This document shows positions 17,028 to 25,300 of a stretch of DNA of 64,000 nucleotides, in pieces. Each line of letters opens with the position of its first letter. The stretch's first letter is position 1. The position numbers were made by a program, and so were the translations under genes. Source of the stretch: an uncultured virus (IMG/VR IMGVR_UViG_3300046171_000308) (lineage: Duplodnaviria; Heunggongvirae; Uroviricota; Caudoviricetes); the IMG/VR virus record IMGVR_UViG_3300046171_000308. The stretch is one strand, 5' to 3'. The notes below the pieces were generated by a model. It saw only the letters and a program-made list of their open reading frames with translations. It was not told the DNA's origin and ran no database searches.

Positions 17028-18905
17028 TCAGGGGTCTTCTAATTCTAGTGGACTGAAGTAATATTTACTTTTACCGATGGCAACTTCTAGGGCACCGCCT
17101 TTCACTATCTTTGCATTAAATGAAATTGATGTAACATTATTCAGATGGCTGTTCCCATTTTTCCCGTCTGACCCTGCCGGGCCTTGCGCCCCAGTATCAC
17201 CCTTGTCACCTTTGGCTCCAGCAGAACCACTTGAGCCAGTATCACCCTTGTCACCTTTGGCACCAGGAGACCCAGTATCACCTTTGTCTCCTTTAGTACC
17301 GGTTATTTCGGTTAATTCCTTTTCCATCTCCGCTACTCTCTTTACAAGTAAGTCAATGTAGTTAACTGCCTTAACACCGCCACCTAAGTTGTAAACTAAT
17401 TCAGGGTAGTCATTTTCTATATCTTCTACAACCACACCGTATCTTTTACGAGTAGTATCACCTGTTCTGAATTCATATTCTTTGAATGGGATGACTTTAG
17501 CCTTGGTTTTAGTAATAGTTGCAATATTCTTTTTGAGGCTCTGCATAGATGTTTGAGTTAATGCATTACAGGTCATGTTTCCTGAAGCGAGGATAGCACC
17601 ATCAACTTCTAGCTCAACACTTGGATTATTGGTTCCGACACCTATATTACCATCCGACCCTCGAACGAATAGAGCATGTGTTTTGGGACTAGCCCCGGCA
17701 CTCTCAACACGGAAATCAATATCTTTTGATGATTCATTAATAGTTAGTTCAGTTCCACCAAATCGCATAAATTCAACTAAATCTGTTCCGGCTCTTGCAG
17801 CACTAAACAGCATTCTACCATCTTCTGTTCCTCCGGTTTCATCTAACATATCGGCAAAAATACTGGCGTAGTTGTGAATGTTTCCTCCATCATCTCTTCC
17901 TTTCCACCTAATATGTCCTATGTCCATAGAAGCAGCAGGTGATGCGGTGCTTCTGTAGAAAACAAGTTCCGGCTCATTAGAGGCTGTGCCAGTATTTTCT
18001 ATTAGGATAGTTGGTTCTGTTCCATCTGCGTCACTAAGATGTAATTTTTCGCTGGGCTGAGCAGTTCCTATACCAACATTACCAGCAGATGTAATACGCA
18101 TTCTTTCTGTATCAGTACCATCTTGTGCAGTATTAAAGACCATGAAAGAGTCTTGTGTTGAAGCGGTCGCACTAGTGTCTTCTTCCCAGGCGACCCCTAT
18201 TCTTCCAGCATGAACATCGGAGCCTCCGCTGTGGCGAAGATACCAGTCAAGTGCGGCTCCGCTACCATCGTTATTGGCGTCACCGGCTCCACCTTGTTGG
18301 TATAGGCGGAGGGTCGAACCCATAGTTCTGATAGTTGAGTTTTGGAATATTTGCACTTGTTGGCTGCCTGTAAAAAGATTGATGTCCATTTCTTGTTGGT
18401 TGTAATTGAGAGTGATGTTACCGGTGCCAGTTGGATGACCTTCCATCCACAACATGGTTTTTAGGTTATTTTGATGCCTTACCTGCATAAACAAACCGCC
18501 TGCTTTTGCGGTGTTTGAGTTATCGTCTATGCGGCCAAATATCTTTGCGTAGTTAACATCTGCCCCAGAGTCCGTCTTACCGGACATAGCAATACTGCCA
18601 ATGTAATCTCCGTCGGTGCTACTACCGCTTTTTAAGAGAATTTGAGGAGCGTCGTCTGCGGTGCTTGAACTTTCAGCTGTAGACTCGAATATTACTAAAT
18701 TGCCAGTTGTTGCATCTTGAACATGCAATAACGTTTCCGGTGTACCAGTTCCTATACCAACTCTATCATTACCAGCATCAACGAAAAATATATTCTGGTT
18801 GTCGTCAGACTCGATTCTGAAGTCTTTGTCAGCAGAGTTTTCGTTAATAGTGATATTGCCATTAACTACGCTGTGTGGTATCGGCGTTGGACGATATATC
18901 GGCAT
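17028..18905 (-). CDS. fibre protein with S74-type intramolecular chaperone followed by a collagen-like segment
   Basis: VGIGT repeats; TSMQSLKKNI...YGVVVEDI...YPELV...AVNYIDL; then GDKGDTG Gly-X-Y repeats; start reassigned to MPIYRP after GGTGA. Confidence 0.8.
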   Translation of the reverse strand: MPIYRPTPIPHSVVNGNITINENSADKDFRIESDDNQNIFFVDAGNDRVGIGTGTPETLLHVQDATTGNLVIFESTAESSSTADDAPQILLKSGSSTDGDYIGSIAMSGKTDSGADVNYAKIFGRIDDNSNTAKAGGLFMQVRHQNNLKTMLWMEGHPTGTGNITLNYNQQEMDINLFTGSQQVQIFQNSTIRTMGSTLRLYQQGGAGDANNDGSGAALDWYLRHSGGSDVHAGRIGVAWEEDTSATASTQDSFMVFNTAQDGTDTERMRITSAGNVGIGTAQPSEKLHLSDADGTEPTILIENTGTASNEPELVFYRSTASPAASMDIGHIRWKGRDDGGNIHNYASIFADMLDETGGTEDGRMLFSAARAGTDLVEFMRFGGTELTINESSKDIDFRVESAGASPKTHALFVRGSDGNIGVGTNNPSVELEVDGAILASGNMTCNALTQTSMQSLKKNIATITKTKAKVIPFKEYEFRTGDTTRKRYGVVVEDIENDYPELVYNLGGGVKAVNYIDLLVKRVAEMEKELTEITGTKGDKGDTGSPGAKGDKGDTGSSGSAGAKGDKGDTGAQGPAGSDGKNGNSHLNNVTSISFNAKIVKGGALEVAIGKSKYYFSPLELEDP

Positions 18906-18962
18906 TGGGCTCACCCATGCTAAAGAGGCTTAGAGCATAAAGTTACCCGATTAAGGGTCTAA

Positions 18963-18996
18963 CAGCCCCGAGAAAGCTTACGCTTTCCCGGAGCTG
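18963..18996 (-). terminator. stem-loop downstream of the protamine-like operon
   Basis: Minus strand GGGAAAGC-GTAA-GCTTTCTC, a GNRA-capped hairpin with an extended stem. Confidence 0.5.
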
Positions 18997-19021
18997 AGAG
19001 ACACTGTTTAGGATAGTGTGC

Positions 19022-19207
19022 TCACTTGCGCATCTTCATGAAGGCTAGCAAACCAACAGCTACAAGAGCAATGTGTCCAACATCGAAGCCTGCAAAGACT
19101 CCTCTGTTAAGAGTGTTCATTACTGCATTGTCACCGTCTAGTATGCCTGCTGAGCCGTCCATATATGGGTCATGTGCTGCGCCTAGGTTGCCGCGATAAG
19201 GGTTCAA
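19022..19207 (-). CDS. small membrane protein
   Basis: GAGGTGA RBS; GNLG motif; C-terminal TM helix followed by a basic tail. Confidence 0.65.
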   Translation of the reverse strand: MNPYRGNLGAAHDPYMDGSAGILDGDNAVMNTLNRGVFAGFDVGHIALVAVGLLAFMKMRK

Positions 19208-19216
19208 GTAATCACC

Positions 19217-20221
19217 TCAAAAGACGTTGATTACTCTACCCATGTCGTGGTAGCCAGCTGCGCCATCATGCATGCCGTGGGACATACCGAATGGTTCGAA
19301 AGGTGCTTCACCTAAGTAGCCGAATGCAGAGTCATTACCAGGCATTGTGTTGGAACCTGCTAGAAGTCCGCCAAATCCGGAGCTGCCAGATGGGTTAACC
19401 AATGCTACTCCTGGTAGAGGTAGGTTGAGGTAGGTGTTAGCAAGGTTTAGTACTGCAACAGTTGCACCAGCTAGAGCTATTGTGTTAGCGACATTGTTGC
19501 TAACTAGTCTCATACTGGACAGTGCGTAAGCAGCTAGACCGGTTAGAACACCGCCAGCAATTGGGCCTCTGAATCCAGATGTTAAGTCAAGGCTTCGTCC
19601 ACTAATCTTGGAGATTAGTTTTTCAGTCATTGCTGGTAGTCTAACACCAGCAACTAGACCAAGACCTAGAGATGCAATTGCTTCGAATGCGGTCATGTTA
19701 CCGATAACGAAGTTGTATGCGCCTTTCATGCTCATCTTCTTGCTACGAGTTGTGCGGCGACGTGAGACACGGCGACGACGGGAAGTTGTTCTGCGCTTTG
19801 GTGATGCACGGCGGCGTGTGGTACGGCGACGGCGTGTGGTACGGCGGCGCTTTGGTGATGCACGGCGGCGTGTGGTACGGCGACGGCGTGTGGTACGGCG
19901 GCGCTTTGGAGCTGATTTGCGACGTGTGGTACGGCGACGGCGTGTGGTACGGCGGCGCTTTGGTGCCGCTTTACGACGTGTGGTACGACGACGACGTGTG
20001 GTTTTGCGGCGCTTTGGTGCCGCTTTACGACGTGTTGTCTTTCTGCGCTTTGGAGCTGCGCGGCGCTTGGTTGTTTTGCGACGACGTGTGGTGGCGCGAC
20101 GCTTTGGTGCTGCTTTTCTACGGGTAGTTCTTCTACGAGCCATATTGTTCACTTTCCTAGTTTTAGTGGCTCGTCTGCTCTTCTTTCCCGGGTTTACAAT
20201 TACCAGTTCTTGAAGAGCCAT
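19217..20221 (-). CDS. protamine-like DNA-condensing protein with C-terminal membrane domain
   Basis: About 130 aa of RRRTTRRR/(A/S)PKR repeats followed by three hydrophobic helices; start reassigned to MALQEL after AGGTGG. Confidence 0.85.
   Translation of the reverse strand: MALQELVIVNPGKKSRRATKTRKVNNMARRRTTRRKAAPKRRATTRRRKTTKRRAAPKRRKTTRRKAAPKRRKTTRRRRTTRRKAAPKRRRTTRRRRTTRRKSAPKRRRTTRRRRTTRRRASPKRRRTTRRRRTTRRRASPKRRTTSRRRRVSRRRTTRSKKMSMKGAYNFVIGNMTAFEAIASLGLGLVAGVRLPAMTEKLISKISGRSLDLTSGFRGPIAGGVLTGLAAYALSSMRLVSNNVANTIALAGATVAVLNLANTYLNLPLPGVALVNPSGSSGFGGLLAGSNTMPGNDSAFGYLGEAPFEPFGMSHGMHDGAAGYHDMGRVINVF
19793..20008. repeat. 54-nt tandem coding repeat (4 units)
   Basis: GCGCTTTGG recurs at 19793, 19847, 19901, 19955 and 20009; the unit encodes xxPKRRRTTRRRRTTRRx. 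Confidence 0.9.
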
Positions 20222-20356
20222 TCTAGCCACCTGTGTTAAGCCGATTGAGCATAAGGGTATAAAGAGCTCTGTGATAGTATATGATAATATCATATTTTAG
20301 TGGGAGTAGACAATTTCTCCCTAATCCTCATAACCGTAAAGATAGTGGAGGGTTCA

Positions 20357-20656
20357 ATGGGGCGGCATCCAGAACGGGATAAAATTAGAAAGCAAGCCGT
20401 TTCTATTACTTTAGACCAAAATGATATTGCTTTTATTGACCAAGGAATTAACTTCCGCATGTTTCAAAATCGAAGCCACGCAATAGCTTGGGCATTACAA
20501 CTTCTAAAGCAACATGTAGCTAATATTACTCGTCTTCAACAAGAAGGGGCTCGTCGTCTAGAGGAAACGGCTCGGAGAGGGAGTCTAAATAATTCAGGAT
20601 TCCCACAGCAAGGGCCGACGCAGCCTGACGGTAGTTTAGGCCTTCCCCCTCGTTGA
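20357..20656 (+). CDS. ribbon-helix-helix (CopG/MetJ-like) regulator
   Basis: AVSITLD...IAFID......FQNRSHAI..AL pattern; start reassigned to MGRHPE. Confidence 0.75.
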   Translation: MGRHPERDKIRKQAVSITLDQNDIAFIDQGINFRMFQNRSHAIAWALQLLKQHVANITRLQQEGARRLEETARRGSLNNSGFPQQGPTQPDGSLGLPPR

Positions 20657-21152
20657 CTTCAATAAGTAATGATGGTACATCCATTAATACTGTGGCCATG
20701 TTACTAATGTAATTTTCAAAACCTCCCTGCTCTTCTACTGTTCTAATACTCATTTCTTCTAATGATTCTTCTACAAATGCCAGTAAATCTTGGTCAGTAA
20801 TGTCAGGAGTATTGAATATAACCACGGTGGCTTCTGACCAAACGAGTAAATCATAACCCGTGCTAGTTTGCATAGGCTCCTCTGTTGATGGGTAAGAGTG
20901 TAAATCTATGTGAACATCAGCAGTCAAAAGTGCATCTCTTACTTTTTGTACCCAAGGATGAGAATAAGCTCGAAGACGGTTTAAGTCTAATATGTCTCTA
21001 TTAGTTGTACCTACTAAGGTAGTAAATGGTATTTCTATTTCTTCTAGTGCTTCTTCTAGAAGTGGTAGAAGCTCTAAAGCACCAACATCGCTATTGCGCT
21101 CTCCGTCTCCGCTTGGTGACTCGCCGTGGGGGACTGTGATTACAACTGCCAT
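20526..21152 (-). CDS. Zn-dependent hydrolase (N-formylglutamate amidohydrolase/M14-like fold)
   Basis: ITVPHG, DLNR, HIDLHSY and LIEV motifs. Confidence 0.65.
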   Translation of the reverse strand: MAVVITVPHGESPSGDGERNSDVGALELLPLLEEALEEIEIPFTTLVGTTNRDILDLNRLRAYSHPWVQKVRDALLTADVHIDLHSYPSTEEPMQTSTGYDLLVWSEATVVIFNTPDITDQDLLAFVEESLEEMSIRTVEEQGGFENYISNMATVLMDVPSLLIEVNEGEGLNYRQAASALAVGILNYLDSLSEPFPLDDEPLLVEDE

Positions 21153-21868
21153 CGTGACAAGCGTAGACGCTTTAGGTTATTGTCATTACCGGTCTTTTCT
21201 TTCTTCTCTCCTACTGGTGCATGTTTTTTCCACACTCCGTCGCCTACAGTGGCATAAAACCAGTACCTATTCTCGGGAGCTTGGAAGTAAGGTAGAAGCT
21301 CTGAAAAGTGGTCAAGGTTACGAGAGCGTAAATATTCCGGGCGGTCTTCTACTTTGAACAGTATCTTATTTTCAGATTGAGACCAAATAGTCTCGTTGAG
21401 TAACTGTATACGTTGAGTAATGGCTAATCCTAGAATTCCCTGGCCAGCCCCTACTGTCCATAATCTTTCGATTCCATCATTACCTCCTTTCTTTACCATG
21501 AGTTGAACCTCATCAATTGCAAAAACCCGTTTTATTTGTTTGTATCCTCTCGTCTTCGAAACTTGAAAGGTTAAGTTAATGACACGTGTCAATTCATCAC
21601 ATCGCTTATTTTTCTCTGGACTTGGTCTGTAGATTATCGCTGGAGTTTTCGATAACAATTTAGCATAAACTTGCATAGGGGAGGTACAGATAACTCCTAG
21701 GTCAGCATAATCGTCATCATGCTTAGGGTCAAAGAAGATAGTATGGACTCCCTGGAGCTGTAGCTTTTTGAGGATAAACCTGGTTGCATACGTCTTACCT
21801 GAGCGTGTTTGACCTACAATAGCAGTATGACGGCGACTTATGTTAGTGAGTAGTCGCTTGGCTACCAT
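21140..21868 (-). CDS. genome packaging ATPase (A32/FtsK-HerA superfamily)
   Basis: Walker A GQTRSGKT, FFDPK, Walker B FAIDEVQ, and ITQR motif; 242 aa standalone, typical of tailless icosahedral viruses. Confidence 0.85.
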   Translation of the reverse strand: MVAKRLLTNISRRHTAIVGQTRSGKTYATRFILKKLQLQGVHTIFFDPKHDDDYADLGVICTSPMQVYAKLLSKTPAIIYRPSPEKNKRCDELTRVINLTFQVSKTRGYKQIKRVFAIDEVQLMVKKGGNDGIERLWTVGAGQGILGLAITQRIQLLNETIWSQSENKILFKVEDRPEYLRSRNLDHFSELLPYFQAPENRYWFYATVGDGVWKKHAPVGEKKEKTGNDNNLKRLRLSRWQL

Positions 21869-21898
21869 GCTCTGTGCACTTACTGGACGAACAAAAGG

Positions 21899-22384
21899 TT
21901 AGCCCCTGAGAAAGAAGAAGAGAAGACCAGCAGTAAGAAGGGGTGTAGGTATCTGTAGAGGCTTGGTTTGCTTAATTGACTGAGCAAGCTCGGGGAAGTC
22001 TGCTCTAAACTTTGGAACTAGTTTCTCTGCGTCATATAGGCGCATGTTACTTACTGGGTTCATTGTAGTAGGAGCATGTGTATGACCATAACCAAGTGCA
22101 TGTCCATATTCGTGAGCGATTAGCTTTTCGTCATTAGCATAACTACCGTCTATTACGATTAGAGAACTAGTAGCATCTCCCAAAGTAATACCTCTAGGGA
22201 AGTAACCCCTACCAGTTAGGTTGTGAACTTGTTTCATTGTGGGGGTAGAATACCACTCCATGTTATCTTTGTTTAGCTGACCGTTAACAAATACGACCCA
22301 GTCCTTGTGAGCAAGGGTAGCTATGGTTACATTATTACTAACACCTATGACTTGGTAACTCTCATATTCTCTCGCTTCCATCAT
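21899..22384 (-). CDS. matrixin-like metzincin metalloprotease with C-terminal membrane anchor
   Basis: HEYGHALGYGH followed by a Met-turn (TTMNP); hydrophobic C-terminus. Confidence 0.82.
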   Translation of the reverse strand: MMEAREYESYQVIGVSNNVTIATLAHKDWVVFVNGQLNKDNMEWYSTPTMKQVHNLTGRGYFPRGITLGDATSSLIVIDGSYANDEKLIAHEYGHALGYGHTHAPTTMNPVSNMRLYDAEKLVPKFRADFPELAQSIKQTKPLQIPTPLLTAGLLFFFLRG

Positions 22385-25300
22385 CTCACCCCTGCCTCTA
22401 CGGCTAGCTTGTGGTCGGGTTTACCAGGTCCCGTTGATGAATCTGCACCTACTACGAAGGCATAAACTCTTCCCGCAGCCCATTGATGTTGTTGAACCCC
22501 AGGTCGATGCCCTGTTCGCCACGCTGCTAGTCCTTTAGAGTATATTTTCTCTAATATCGACTTTTTGATTTTAGTTTCTTTGCGAATACGATTCAGAAAC
22601 TTTTGCTTGGATGTTTTACCAGATGGTTTGTAGTCTTTATCTATATTCTTACGATATATCTTGTAATACTTATCACGGTGCTTTGAGCTACCTATTTTTA
22701 ACCCTCGAGCTGTTGCTTTAATATCAGACTGCCAGAATTTGTATGCTTCTGGGTCATTTACGTCGTATTTGTAGCCTTTGTCTATTTCATCTTCCGCAAT
22801 CATTTTCTCTAGTTTGGTTAAGCCCTTAAGATATCTAGTAGGGACTTTTTTACCTCCGGGTGTACGACTAGGATTTTGTAAAACCATTTCATTTGTATCA
22901 CCTTCTAATAACTTGAACCCCATAGACTCATACCATTGAACTAGATGCTCTTTCGAGGCTAGGTGTATTCTTTCTCCTTTAGTTTTTGATAGTAACTCAT
23001 TAATTAGTAGCCTTCCTAAGTTTTTACCTCTATGGGCTGGAGAAACCTTGACTAACTCAAGCCATATTTTATCGTCTTTCCTATACCAAAGCAAGAACCC
23101 TATATTCTTCCCCTCTTCATGCAAGTCTATTCTTTGCATGTCTTTGGGGGACTCTGGGTCGGGGTCGGGATAGTGACTAATCTTTGGTGGATTCTTACGC
23201 ATCTCTTTTGTTTTCTTCTTCATCTCCTCAATGAACTTAGCATATACTTTTTGCGCGGCCTTTATTCCGGGGGTTTGATGTGCATGGAATCTTGCTCTTT
23301 GTTCCATAGCCATTGCTGCTTGTATCTTATGAGCGTGGGTTTTACCGGAACGCTTGATTATGTTTACTGACTTAATAGCAGTTGCTTTATCTTTGAACCC
23401 TAAGCCTTTAATTGTGTTCTCTTTATCTTCGTCCGTAAATAAGTCAGAATGCTCGTCCATGGGTTGCCCTTCGTATTTCTTAGGTATTCTATGTGCGCCA
23501 CCGTGGGGGTTTTTGCGGAAGAATTCTGTTTCGGTCAAAGCACCATGCGGTCCTATGAAAATTTCTTCTTCTGGGTTTGCATCGCTGACAGTTCGTTCCT
23601 CATCATGCAGATACATGACAGGAACAGGTGTATCTGCATGACCCATTTGCCTCAATGCCTCCATACGATGCCCCCCTTCTTGGCTTGTTCCAGAGTGGTT
23701 GATTGTAGGCATAGTCATGACTTGCCCATTTTTCAAACCAGCAACAATCGACATTATATAGTCGATTCCCTTATCCGGCCATCGCACTTTTGCGCTTCTT
23801 TCAGGAATGCCGTAGCCACCTGCGGTCAGCAGGTCAAAGTAATCGTTAGGAGACATTCGCACTACTTTTCCAACATTCACTACTTTCGTCCAATCGTATA
23901 GGTCGTCCTTTTCTTCATTGTATAGGTATCTTGAGGTTGACGTAATTGGGTCTTCCCCGATTAGTCCTCTTTCATGCTTCGATGCTTCGATGATTTCTGA
24001 ATCCCAGTTGTATTCGCTTCCGAACACACTTGGTTTTTCCATGTACGCCATTCGAACGCCGGGGATTCCTGATTCAATTACTGGGTTGGTTTTGGGTCGT
24101 GAAGTCGAGTGGTAGATGTTCAGAGGTGGGTTCATCCTCGCATACTTTTCACCCAGCTCATACTTACCACTAACACGGGGAATCTTACCCATAGACTTGA
24201 GGGAGGAAGTTGCAGTTGAACCAATTACATTTCCAGCCTTCCAAGAGGCATAAGTTGTTTTAGCTTGTTTCATAGTCTTGAATGGTGACTTCTTTACTCG
24301 GGCTTTGTTCCAAGGGAATGGCTTAGAGCGAGGAGGGTTAAGTTGAGAGATAGAAATTGTTTGTTGGTAAAGTGCTGCTGGACCTTGATGTAGCTCTCCG
24401 GGGAACATAGCGATACCTGGAGGGGGTGGGTTACTCCGAGTGGAAGGCCCGTTAATTACTTCTAATTTCCCATACTTTCTTTTTTCTGTCATACCAACCC
24501 AAGGTACGTCTGGACACTTAGGCATGTTAGCTATGCCTTGTTTTCTTGCCCATCTCCAAGGGTCATGCGCCCATACCCATAATCCAAGTAATCTTCTACT
24601 TGGTTGGTTTTGTGTTTTTTGTTTCTTAATTAGTGGCCCTTTAGTAGATTCTTTAGCCTTGTTGTAAGGAAATCCACTATGACGCTTGTTGAATCTTACT
24701 TGAGTCTTACACCAGTCCCAGTCAGTTTGATTCCATTTATCAACGGCCTTAGCATAAAAAGCTTCGACAGTTCTCGGCTTGCGATAGTCTATGTAGTCTT
24801 TAGGTCCGGTTAGTCCTAGTTTCTTACGCATTCTGATAATAGCACGGAAACTGTTTTGTCCGCTTTTTATCCCCATCTTCTTTGCTTCTGCGGGAGTTAA
24901 ACCTGCTACCTTAAACCAAGGAGATTTCATAAATGCCTTCATCTCTTTGTTCTTCATGTTAATTAATTCTGACCACTCTTCAAACCAATCAAATAGGTCT
25001 TTGGGAGGATTTTCTTCTTCCTCTTCTTCGTTTAATTGTACGGTGTCAAATGGTAAGTCACTTTGGGGAAATTGGTTTTCATCCTTTTTGTTTTGAGCCT
25101 CTATCTGGCGTTTTCTTTTTCGCTCTCTTCTTTTAGCTTCTTTTCTATCTAAAAAGTCGCTTTCCATAACACCTGTAGTATCAATTCCAACCTCATCTAA
25201 TTCGGGTTGAGTGGTTGGTGCTTGAACAAACTCTTTTCCCAAATATGTACGCCCTGTTGGCGGCTTATAATCAAGGCCAAAGTCATCAAGTGAAAGCCTT

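Noticed and set aside
14321..18905. Fibre genes as evidence of a tailed phage
   Set aside because: No terminase, portal, HK97 capsid, tape measure or tail tube; such fibres also occur as spikes
19608..20213. Plus-strand Arg/Val-rich and Gly-rich ORFs
   Set aside because: Antisense shadows of the stop-free protamine repeat
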